64,000 nt of DNA from Azolla caroliniana (taxonomy: Eukaryota; Plantae; Polypodiophyta): assembly GCA_043228905.1 (NCBI GenBank), contig JBHGNT010000008.1, positions 2,604,001-2,668,000 of the forward strand. The letters are read 5' to 3'. The position numbers and the translations under genes are program-made. The notes under the pieces were generated by a model. It saw only the letters and a program-made list of their open reading frames with translations, did no database searches and had not been told where the DNA came from. Positions 11,223 to 21,783 of the stretch are shown one piece after another; the stretch's first letter is position 1, and each line of letters begins with the position of its first letter.

Positions 11223-12382
11223 ATGGCTGCCATTAACTCAGAAGAATATCTCACCCTTGTTGCAGAAATGGAGAACCTTAAATCCAAGTTCACATCTCTT
11301 GAAGTAGAGAATCAACGTCTACTTGGGGATCTACAAAAGGTTACTATAGAGAAGCAACAACAACAAGAGGAGTTCATGCGACGAGTGCAACAGTTAGAGT
11401 CAACAATCGTAGTGTTACAACAACAAAGGGTTGAAGGTCAGGGACTTATCAAGGAGCCCAAAATTAGCCTCCCAGCTAAATTTGATGGGTCGAGGGCGCA
11501 TTTCCGGGGTTTCTTGAATCAAGTACGGTTGGTGATTCAAATGCATCCCTTGCGTTATCCAACAGATGCATCACGAGTCGGGCTAGTGGGCATCTTATTG
11601 ACTGGCATAACGTTGTCGTGGTTTGCTCCATTGCTAGAGACCAATTCTCCTCTATTGAATAATTTCGACGAATTTATCAAGGAATTTAAGGCTTGTTTCG
11701 GAGATACTGATGGGGCAAGAACAGTTATCAACAAGATTCGTACACTTTGTGAAGGTGATCAACCAGCTTCGACATATGCTGCCAATTTCCGTCTCATCGC
11801 AAGCGATATTCCTTGGGATGAACAAGCCCTAATGGAGCAATTCCGTTCAGGCCTTCGTAGTGATGTCAAAGACTTCTTACCTTCCCCGAGGATCCAAGGT
11901 CACTTACAGAAGCTATTAGTCGAGCAATACGATGTGATAATCGCCTTTTTGAGCGTCGATGTGAGCGACAACAACAAATAACAAGATCAAGATTCACACC
12001 AACTTATGCATCAGTAACGGCGCAATCATCCCCAAGGCAAATGTATAGCCCTGGTCCAACTCCAAGGCAAACATGTAGTCCAGTCCCAATGGATAGTCCT
12101 GCACCCATGGAGATCGATATGACTCAACGACGAGGACCGTTGTCAAACGAAGAGAAGCAACGTCGTCGAGCAAACAATCTATGCTTATATTGCGGAGGTC
12201 CAGGACATATAGCCATTCATTGCTCTCGTAGGCCGAGATGTCAGGTAAATCAAATTCACTATGACAATAAAAATGAGTCCAACATTTTAGAAGCAGTTAG
12301 TGAATCTAATATTATGAATAATCCACCCTTCTCCAATAAATTTGAAGTCCTAAGACAATTAGAAGAGGAGTCAAACGAATAA
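11223..12382 (+). pseudogene. gag: C1 gag (PEG10/Tf1-type capsid plus Zn knuckle), frameshifted near 11875
   Basis: EPKISLPAKFDG motif, PMEID, CLYCGGPGHIAIHC. Confidence 0.9.
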
Positions 12383-15300
12383 GTCCAGCCAAAATAGGAG
12401 CCATTTGGTTGGACAACCCTAGATATGTACAACCTAGTGTGGGTTCCATTTCTTCCAAGCATGTTAGTAGAGTCTTCTCAGCCCTAGTACAAGTTAGGAC
12501 ACCTAGTTGTCAACTTCAAGTCCAAGCCCTCTTAGATACTGGAGCCAATTCTTGTTTCATGGATAGAGATTTTGCCCAAAAACACCAAATATCCTTGCAT
12601 ACACTTCTTTGTCCAGTTTCCGTAGTAGTGATTGATGGACGCCCCATAGCTTCCGGGAAGATATTTGAAGAGTCTAAGCCAATACACATACTCTTGGGTG
12701 ATTTAGGATGTGTACTTTCGTTTAACATAATCCGTAGTCCTGAGCATCCAATTGTCCTCGGTTTGCCATGGTTCGAGCTACATAACCCTAGAATTGATTG
12801 GAGGAAGTGAGAAATTAGGTGCCCTTTAGCAGAAAATTTCATTATCAAGAATCGAACTCGGGATTATCCTCCTAAAGTATATAGTTCTATCGATGCACCA
12901 TATCCTTCTCATCAAATTTCAGCCATCACATTGCAACAATTGTGCCAAGTGGGAGGCAAGGATGACCTTTTCTTATTTGCAGTATCAGTGAAACCTTCTA
13001 ATGTCACTCAAGGGAATTCAGACATCCAAACTCCCAAAAAATATCAAGACTATGCTGATGTTTTTGACAAAGTCAAAGCTAGTGTTCTTCGAAAGCATCA
13101 GCCGTACGACTGTCCTATTGATCTCCAACCAGGAAAAGAGCCACTGTGGGGTTCGATTTACAATTTATCACCCACTGAGCTTGAGGTTCTTCGAGAATAC
13201 ATCGAGGATAATCTTGCACATGGGTTTATTCGACATTCAAAGTCTCCAGCTGGTGCTCCTATCTTTTTTGGGAAGAAAAAGGATGGCTCCCTTCGTTTGG
13301 TCGTGGACTATCGAGGCTTAAATAAAGTCACCATAAGGAATAGGTATGCTTTACCTTTAATCTCCAATCTCTTAGAACGCATTGGTGGGGCAAAGCATTT
13401 TACCAAAATTGATCTAAGGGGTGCATATAATCTTGTTTGAATTCAGCCGGGAGATGAGTGGAAAACAACATTTCGTACTCGGTATGGTCATTTCGAGTAT
13501 ACAGTCATGCCTTTCGGGCTCACAAATGCACCTGCAGTATTCCAACATATGGCAAATGACATCTTCCGGGATTTCTTGGATATTTTTCTAATCATCTACC
13601 TAGATGATCTATTGATTTACTCTAAAACACAAGGGGAGCATGATATATATGTGCGGCAAGTACTTGAACGCCTAAGGAAGTATGATCTTTATGCCAAACT
13701 TGAGAAATGCAGTTTTGATTGCAAACAAGTCGAATTTTTGGGATACACTATTTCATCCCAGGGTGTTTTCATGGACCCGGCAAAAGTCCAAACAATATTG
13801 GAATGGAAACCCCCATGCTTAGTTCGGGATGTCCAGTGTTTCATTGGATTTGCGAACTTCTATCGCAAATTCATACATAATTATTCAAGCATTGTGTTGC
13901 CCTTACTCAACTCACCAAGAAAAGTCAAGTATTTTTTTGGAGTATCAAAGCGGACAAGGCTTTTATGCAGCTAAAAGAGGCATTCACATCAGCACCCATC
14001 CTAGCACATATTGATCCTGAAAAGCCATTTACTATTGAGGCAGATGCATTGGACTTTGCATTGGGGAGTATCCTATCGCAACTAGGCGAGGACAGGTAGA
14101 CACATCCAGTCGCGTTTCACTCGAGAAAATTTACTGTTTCGGAGATAAACTATGAGGTGCATGACAAGGAGTTACTAGCTGTGGTCGACTCATTCGAACA
14201 ATGGCGTCATTTTCTAGAAGGATCACCTCATTAGATTATCATTTATAGTGATCACAAAAATCTCACATATTTTCAAATAGCCCGAGTATTAAATAGACGC
14301 CAAGCTCGGTGGGCCCAATTTCTAACGCGTTTCGATTTCAAGATCATTTTTCGCCCCGGAAAACAACAAGGGAAAGCAGATCCTTTGTCTCGGTGTTCGT
14401 ATCTAGCACTTCGACTTGGAGATCCGGCCTTTGACAATCAAAAGCAAACTCTCCTCGGGCCATCAAAGCTACAGGTAACAACAATTTATGTCACGCCACT
14501 TGATTCTACCCTTCTTGACACTATTCGGCAACAACTTCATTCAGATGATTTCGCTATGGATGTCTTAGCCCACTGTGGTTCAAGTCGTCCATCTTGCTCC
14601 ACATTGCCAGGGTCATCTCAACATTATCAGGACTTCAAGTGGCAAGATGGCTTACTCTTCTACAAGAATCTCCTTTACGTCCCCGACGGATCACCCTGAC
14701 TGCAAGTGTTGGAACATTGTCATGATGCCCCCCTGGCTGGACATTTTGGTATTTCCAAGACCATTGAGCGTGTGAAACGTTCGTTTTGGTGGCCTCACTT
14801 GCAAAAATTTGTCGAAGATTATGTTCGCACTTGTGACACTTGCTGTCGCGCCAAAATACCTCGGCATCACCCTTATGGCTTACTACAACCATTACCCCCT
14901 CCCAACAAGCCATGGCAATCTATTTCTATGGATTTCATTACGGATCTACCACCTTCCAAAGGCTTTGATACTATTTTAACAGTAGTGGATCGGTTCACCA
15001 AGATGGCACATTTTGTACCATGTGTAAAGACCATCAATAGTGAAGAAACTGCAGATCTCATTATGCGTGAAGTGTTTCGCCATCATGGTCTCCCGAATGA
15101 TATTATTAGAGATTGAGGTGCTCAATTTATCTCACACTTTTGGAAGGACCTATGGGCAGGCCTCAAAATCTCTTGCAAACTCTCTTCGGCTTATCATCCA
15201 CAAACTAACGGACAAACAGAGCGCACAAATCAAACGCTCGAGCAATATCTTCAATGTTTCATTAGTTATCAACAAGATGATTGGAGTAATATTGTACATC

Positions 15301-16037
15301 TTGCCGAGTTTGCATACAACAACACGGTCCACTCTTCTACCAAAGTTACACCTTTCTTTGCCTGCACTGGCAACCACCCTCTATGGTGTATATTGGATCT
15401 TCCCGAGGTGTCACGAAACCCTAGTGCGGCGCATCACCTCCACCGACTACAACAAATCCAGTTCGAGTTATCTTCACATCTTCAGAAAGCGCAAGCACAC
15501 CATAAGACCAATGCCGATCGACATCGTCTTAAGTCTCCATTTAAGGTTGGTGACCGTGTATGGTTGCTTCGTCGTCACATGAAGACTACCCGACCGTGTG
15601 CTAAGCTTGACTATCAACGCTTAGGTCCTTTTGTCATCACGACGCAGATTAATGATGCAACATTTCGTCTTAACCTTCCTGGACATATGCGGCTTCACCC
15701 TGTCTTTCATAGCTCTCTTTTGGAACCTTACTGCACCTTTTTAATTCCTAATCGTGTCGTGCCACCACCGCCTTCTGTACAACTTGTGGACGGCCCCGAA
15801 TACGAGGTAGCTACTATTCTCGATTCTAAGATTGTGTGCAATAAGCTTTATTATCTAGTTGATTGGCTTGGCTATCCTCCGAGTGATCGCACTTGGGAAC
15901 CCATTGATAATGTTTGTAATGCTGAAGCTCTGGTCAACGACTTCCATTGTCACTATCCAAACATGCCCGTCCCAACAATGTTAACGCCGACTTCCACTCG
16001 GCGTTCTCGAAGGAGGGATAGTGTCATGAACACATGA
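12370..16037 (+). pseudogene. pol: C1 pol: PR-RT-RH-INT-chromodomain, multiple stops and frameshifts
   Basis: ALLDTGA, YLDD, ISMDFI, GPF, chromodomain EYEVATILDS...YLVDWLGY...TWEP (~15800-15950). Confidence 0.93.
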
Positions 16038-16465
16038 CCATTATGGCGTCACTTGAACTTGAACCTCGAACCTTGTAATCCATACTTGAAAACCTCAACC
16101 ATTAAGATAGCTTATTGTTATATGAAACAATAAAAGCTACTTCTTGTATTACATTGATTATTGTAAAACCTCTAGATTATTCTAGAGTGTTCTAGAATGT
16201 CCTAGAGCATTCTAGGTCTAGAACATTCTAGAACATTCTAGAAATCTCTAAGCTATTCTATAGGAACCTATAAGTAAGGGCATACACGTATTCTCAAATC
16301 AATTCGAATCAACACCAGTCTTTAACTCTCATTACATATCTTGTATCCATTCGCTTTCTTTCTCTATCTTATACATCCATTCTTCTCTTAGTATTTCGTT
16401 CCTTTCTTCTCGTGTTCTCTAATATCCTTCTTCCATCACTCTATCTTTTATCCTTGGTTCTGACA
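16022..16465 (+). repeat. 3' LTR of C1
   Basis: Direct repeat of 10688-11130. Confidence 0.95.
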
Positions 16466-16483
16466 GTTTGATTCTCTTTCTCT

Positions 16484-16538
<55 letters not shown>

Positions 16539-16564
16539 GCCCTGACTCCCACACCCCAATTCTG

Positions 16565-16612
<48 letters not shown>

Positions 16613-16615
<3 letters not shown>

Positions 16616-17060
16616 TGCCGTTTCTGACCGTTACGTGGCCGTCATCTGCTGCCGCCGTCGTCTACAGCCGCGTCGCCTGCTGTCGCCGCCGTCTGCTGCT
16701 GCCGACGACGCCGCCTGTTGTCGCTGCTGCTGCTGACGCCGTCGTCGCCTGCTGCCGTCGTCGCCGTTGTCTGTCGACGGTCGTCGTCGTCTGCTGCCGC
16801 CGTCTGCCGTCTGCCGTCTGCCGACTGCCGACTGTTCTGCCGCTGACGTCTGCAGACTGCCGCCGTCGTCTGCAACTGCTGTCTGCTGCCGTCGTCGTCT
16901 GCAACCGCTGTCAGCCGCCGTCTGCTGCCGCTGTCGACTGTCGCCGTCCGCCGTCGTCTGACGTTTAACGTCTGCCGCCGTCGCCGTCGTCTGACGTCTA
17001 ACGTTTGCCGCCGTCGCCGTCGTCGTCGGTTCTTGGCCATCGCCGTCACCCGTCGCTGTT
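16613..17060 (+). repeat. GC-rich GCC/GTC/CTG trinucleotide mosaic in the LINE 5'UTR
   Basis: Runs such as ctgccgtctgccgtctgccg and gtcgtcgccg; CpG-dense compared with its flanks. Confidence 0.85.
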
Positions 17061-17238
17061 GTGGGTAGTTGTTGTCATCGGTGTCGACCATCGCTATCAC
17101 CTACACCTCCTACGGCGTCGTGACGAGAGAGTACAAATGTGCTTCTACACTTGTACCTAGCGCGCAAGACATCGATGCTCGGCTAAGTTTTTTCTGCCAT
17201 TTTTGACTTTTTCTTTCGTTTATTCTTTGAATTACAAC

Positions 17239-18030
17239 ATGACTTCTCGACGAAACCATAAGGAAACACACGACGAAATGATAAGTAAGGAAGAATTTTT
17301 AGATGTCCTTAACCGGTTAGTAAAATTTGAAAAATGGGCGAAAGAAATTGAAGCTGAAAAACAAAAAGATAAGGAAGAAATAGAACTACTTTTTGCGGAA
17401 ATAGCGAAACTTAAGGTAGACAATGTGAACCTCCGAAAACAAGTTAAGGACCTCGAGATATCTAGGGAAGATGGTGAAATATCTTCCCTAGAGGATATTA
17501 AGGACGAGATAAAAAAGGTTAAAGAAGAGGTTAAAAGTGATATGGAATTAGCTAAAACTGGGTGGGTTGATGTAGTAAAACGTAATATTAAAAAAGAACT
17601 AAAGGATGAAAACATTGTAAACACTACCCTCGAGGAAGAAAAAATGCGTCAAGCTCGACGCCTAAATGTACGAGTTACTGGGCTCAAGGAAGGGGCATCT
17701 CCGGATGAAGATGCACAAACATTAGGGAAAATGTTAGGGTACGAAGCCCTACCAATCACTAAAACCTGGAGGGTAGGGCGTGACACAACTAGGAAAAGAG
17801 CTTTAGTCCTTCAGTTTAAGGACTCAGAATCTAGAATCGCCTTTTTTAAAAAGAGACCAATTCTTCGAGGCTTGGGCGGGGAGCCTATCTACCTCGATGA
17901 AGACTTGACCAAGATGCAAATTGAGCATCGTAAAACTTGTATGCCGCGAGTCATACAAGCTCGTAAAGAGGGGCATCGTGCTTTCTACCGGGACGGACGT
18001 GTCATAATAAATGATCGTGCCGCCAATTGA
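17239..18030 (+). CDS. LINE ORF1 (263 aa from ATG 17239): coiled coil plus RRM-like/C-terminal domain
   Basis: Heptad-rich N-half; RRLNVRVTGLKE, RVG, LVLQF and IYLDEDLT motifs typical of LINE ORF1. Confidence 0.85.
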   Translation: MTSRRNHKETHDEMISKEEFLDVLNRLVKFEKWAKEIEAEKQKDKEEIELLFAEIAKLKVDNVNLRKQVKDLEISREDGEISSLEDIKDEIKKVKEEVKSDMELAKTGWVDVVKRNIKKELKDENIVNTTLEEEKMRQARRLNVRVTGLKEGASPDEDAQTLGKMLGYEALPITKTWRVGRDTTRKRALVLQFKDSESRIAFFKKRPILRGLGGEPIYLDEDLTKMQIEHRKTCMPRVIQARKEGHRAFYRDGRVIINDRAAN

Positions 18031-21000
18031 CGGCGTGTGGCCAATGTGACAGATAATAAACTTAGGATCACTTTATGGAACTGTAACGGCGCACTTTGGA
18101 CACATCCTGGCCGTCTAGAGGAGATTTTGAAAGTATCTGATATACTTTTTGTAGTAGAAACACATCAAAGCCCAAATCGAGGACTGCCACGAGTTGACGG
18201 TTTTCGTTGGGAATCTGTCTTTAGACAAACCTCACGTCGACACACTACTAGAGGGTCTGGGGGGGTTGCGATATTATTTCGGAAAGAGATAAATAATAGG
18301 ATAGAAATACTAAAGTCAGACCCAGAAGCCCGTTTTATGTGGGTGAAAGTCCTCACTAGTAAGGATCAGGTGATATTTATCGCAGTTTGTTACTTCCCCC
18401 CGAAAGGGTCCCGCTACAATATGGCTGGAGAGGCGAGTATAGTTGATGAAGGAACGCCACATGGGCCTTCTCCATACGAACCTTTGTCGGATGACATAAT
18501 CCGATATTCTTCTCAAGGGGAAGTCTTCCTGGTAGGAGATTTCAATGCGAGAACCCAGTCCCGACAATGCACAATATTTCAGATGGATAGAAACCTAGAA
18601 ATGGTGAATGTCGACCCTTTAGCCTTAGGCATAACACGTACATCGAAGGATCAAGGTGCGGATGCCACAAGCTTTGGCCATCATCTGCTTGAACTTGGAA
18701 GCCGACACCAGATGATCATATATAATGGCTTAGCCAAGTGGCCGGGCTCGGAAGAGCTCACATGTTTCCCACATGGAGGAGGGGAAAGCACCGTTGATTA
18801 TCTAATAGGACGCCCTGAAGCTACCCACATGGTTAGCTCCTTCCGGGTGGCCCCATGCCCCATTGGGGCAGACCATACCTTCCTATACTTTGAGCTAAAA
18901 TGTGACACCTCCCACACCACCAACTCTAGTAAACCAACCCATCACACTATAATACATTTCACGCATGAGCTCGCGGACATCTACTCTCGACATGTTCAAG
19001 CCCATCTTTCCTCGTTTGATTCTTCCTTGCCTTTAGAGAACCTCACTACAGAACTCACACACATCCTTCACTCAGCCGCCACTAGTAGCTTCCCATACAC
19101 GAAAGACTCCAATCATAGTAGAATAGGGTCTATGCCACAAAACAAGTGGTATGACGAGGATTGTAGAGAGTTGTATAGACAACTTAAAGTATCACGACTC
19201 AGTGGTACTATCTCCTTAGTACAGGCTCGCAAAGAGATGCGCAAGATGACACGTCGTAAAAGACGAGCTTGGGAAGCATCCCAATATTGGGAACTCTACC
19301 ATATGCTCATGAGTAGGGATTGTGCCCTTGCATGGAAGAGACTACGGGAACCGAGACCACAAACACCCATCGAGGATCCCAATATTTGGCACACATATAC
19401 CGAGAGACTCTACCATGTCCCGAACCAACCACCCATTCCAATGCCCTCCACACCTCGACCTACCATGGGGACACTTTTCACGACCTCTAGGGTCACGAAG
19501 GTCATAAAAAAATTACAACATAGGAAATCCATGGACCACACAGGATTGCGAGCCGAGCACATCATATATGCTCGAGAGTGCCTAGCTCCCCTTCTCACTC
19601 TAATCTTCAACCGCGCCCTCGCCGAGGGTTTTCCACCACAATGGGCCATGAACACTGTGGCCCCTATACATAAAGGAGGGGACCCAATGGACCCAAATAC
19701 ATATAGGACCATTATGATAGGTCATACGCTTGCTAAACTATATGGTGCAGTAATGGAAGCGGAGCTCAGTGATTATATGGAAACATTAAGTCTTCGAGCA
19801 CCTGAGCAGGCTGGCTTTAGACGAGCCTTCTCCACTATTGACCACATCTTTACACTTAGGTGCTTAATTGACCAAACAAAGGCTCGTAAGAAGAAACTAT
19901 ATTGTTGCTTTGTGGACTTTCGCAAAGCCTTTGATACAGTTCCTAGGGAGAGGTTGTTTGATAGACTTAAGAGCTTGGAGATACCAAATGACATGATTTG
20001 GGCCATTTATGCCCTATATGAGCAAGTCTATGGGCGCGTAAGATGCCCAGGTGGCCTATCCGATTGTTTCACTAGCACCATTGGTGTAAAACAGGGTTGC
20101 CCCCTATCACCGACTCTTTTTGGGATCTACATTGATGAGATCACTGATTTTATTGCTCGTAAGGGAGGCAAAGGAGTGGCTATTGGGGATACGCAAGTTA
20201 GTCTCTTACTCTACGCAGACGACATTGTCTTGCTCTCGGAGTCGGAACACGACCTACAAAAGCATCTTAATGCCCTAGATGACTTTTGTACACAACGAGG
20301 ACTGGTAGTGAATCTAGCGAAAACTAAAGTCCTTATCTTTCATACATCGTCCAGAGTTAGGAGTAAATGTCACCTCATCCTCTCTCATAAACTAGTTGAG
20401 GTGGTGGGATCTTATGTATACTTGGGAGTCACTTTTAGTGCTCGCTCAGGTAAATTCTCGATGACCCAGGCAGCCAAAGATAGGCTAACGAGAGGATATG
20501 CATCCCTCTCACTCTTAGAGAGACAATGCCACCAAGCATACTTTCAAGAGCCACGGACTAAGGGATGGCTTTTCGACTCATTAGTGACCCCGTCCCTCAT
20601 GTATGCATCAGTAGTATGGGCTCCAGGTCTACCATCTTTCATGTGGACGCAATTGGAGAGACCTTTAGTGGTGATGTTATCACGTCAACTCCGAAGCAAA
20701 TCGATAGTACCACATGACATTATTAGAGCGGAGTTTAGCCTACCCCCGATGTTAGTAGAAGCACTCTTTCAAGTGGTAGCTTTTATTCATCGGATACATA
20801 GTCAACCACAAGATAGGATATCCCGTCGAGCCTTTGAGGCATCCCGATCCTTACATGTGTCTGGAGACACCAACTCTTGGTATAGCATTGTGGTGAGTTG
20901 GTTATTTGCAAATGGCATAGACATTAATAACCTACCTCCCCTTAAGTACAACCATGGGACTGATCAAACTTTAATCTCTCGTGAAGATCGTAATAAAGTG

Positions 21001-21783
21001 ATACGCCAAGACATATGGCAAATCTACACTCGATACAAATGGATCACCCCACGAGAGCCACTCCCATCTAAAATGGTGTACTATAAGGAACACTTCTTGC
21101 ACTTCTCTAAGTTAGGGTTTATTACACGACCAAGATACCTAGATACTTTCTTATCAAATGCACTAAGGGTGGCCATTGGACAACTTAGGATATCATCTCA
21201 CCAACTTGAGATTGAGAATGGTCGAGCTAATAGAGTCCCTAGAGAGGAAAGGCTATGTAGGTTATGCCACATAGAGATAGAGGATGAGTATCACTTCACA
21301 TGCAAGTGCCCAACTTATGCCGAGATACGGGCGGAATACCAAGACATACTAGGACCCTCTCCCACCCTCTCCAAACTATTAGATACCCCGAGTGTAAAGA
21401 GACTAGGTAGGTATATCTTAGAGCTAAAACAACATAGGGAGGATAAATTACAAAGTGTTAATCATAACCCTTTTACTACTCATCAACATGTACCTAGTGT
21501 AATTTTTCAGGAACATGGGGAGACGATGAATGTGGATACACTTATGCCGCTCGGCCTCTCCCTTGAGGAAGCAGAAATACAAAGAGCAACCAAACGTCCT
21601 CGGATGTTGGGCTTCAACACAAGTCAACGTGGAGTAGAAAAGATTAAGAAGATAAGGGAACGTGAGCTACGCCGACTCGAAGCTATGGTTGGGGTACCTC
21701 TTACATGGGGGCCACGGGCCACATCCACATCATGGCAACCCTTTGACCCCCCGCTTCTCTTCGAGAGACTTGGATGGAAATGA
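18031..21783 (+). CDS. LINE ORF2: APE endonuclease, reverse transcriptase and C-terminal CxxC...HF...C zinc finger; uninterrupted, no AUG start
   Basis: LWNCNG, VETH, GDFNAR, VDY, ADH; EQAGFR, FVDFRKAFD, GVKQGCPLSP, LYADD, YLG; RISSHQLEIENGR...CRLC...EDEYHFTCKC. Confidence 0.93.
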   Translation, partial: RRVANVTDNKLRITLWNCNGALWTHPGRLEEILKVSDILFVVETHQSPNRGLPRVDGFRWESVFRQTSRRHTTRGSGGVAILFRKEINNRIEILKSDPEARFMWVKVLTSKDQVIFIAVCYFPPKGSRYNMAGEASIVDEGTPHGPSPYEPLSDDIIRYSSQGEVFLVGDFNARTQSRQCTIFQMDRNLEMVNVDPLALGITRTSKDQGADATSFGHHLLELGSRHQMIIYNGLAKWPGSEELTCFPHGGGESTVDYLIGRPEATHMVSSFRVAPCPIGADHTFLYFELKCDTSHTTNSSKPTHHTIIHFTHELADIYSRHVQAHLSSFDSSLPLENLTTELTHILHSAATSSFPYTKDSNHSRIGSMPQNKWYDEDCRELYRQLKVSRLSGTISLVQARKEMRKMTRRKRRAWEASQYWELYHMLMSRDCALAWKRLREPRPQTPIEDPNIWHTYTERLYHVPNQPPIPMPSTPRPTMGTLFTTSRVTKVIKKLQHRKSMDHTGLRAEHIIYARECLAPLLTLIFNRALAEGFPPQWAMNTVAPIHKGGDPMDPNTYRTIMIGHTLAKLYGAVMEAELSDYMETLSLRAPEQAGFRRAFSTIDHIFTLRCLIDQTKARKKKLYCCFVDFRKAFDTVPRERLFDRLKSLEIPNDMIWAIYALYEQVYGRVRCPGGLSDCFTSTIGVKQGCPLSPTLFGIYIDEITDFIARKGGKGVAIGDTQVSLLLYADDIVLLSESEHDLQKHLNALDDFCTQRGLVVNLAKTKVLIFHTSSRVRSKCHLILSHKLVEVVGSYVYLGVTFSARSGKFSMTQAAKDRLTRGYASLSLLERQCHQAYFQEPRTKGWLFDSLVTPSLMYASVVWAPGLPSFMWTQLERPLVVMLSRQLRSKSIVPHDIIRAEFSLPPMLVEALFQVVAFIHRIHSQPQDRISRRAFEASRSLHVSGDTNSWYSIVVSWLFANGIDINNLPPLKYNHGTDQTLISREDRNKVIRQDIWQIYTRYKWITPREPLPSKMVYYKEHFLHFSKLGFITRPRYLDTFLSNALRVAIGQLRISSHQLEIENGRANRVPREERLCRLCHIEIEDEYHFTCKCPTYAEIRAEYQDILGPSPTLSKLLDTPSVKRLGRYILELKQHREDKLQSVNHNPFTTHQHVPSVIFQEHGETMNVDTLMPLGLSLEEAEIQRATKRPRMLGFNTSQRGVEKIKKIRERELRRLEAMVGVPLTWGPRATSTSWQPFDPPLLFERLGWK

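Noticed and set aside
16536-17100. Arg/Ala/Cys-rich ORFs on both strands
   Set aside because: Translation of the trinucleotide mosaic; no evidence of coding
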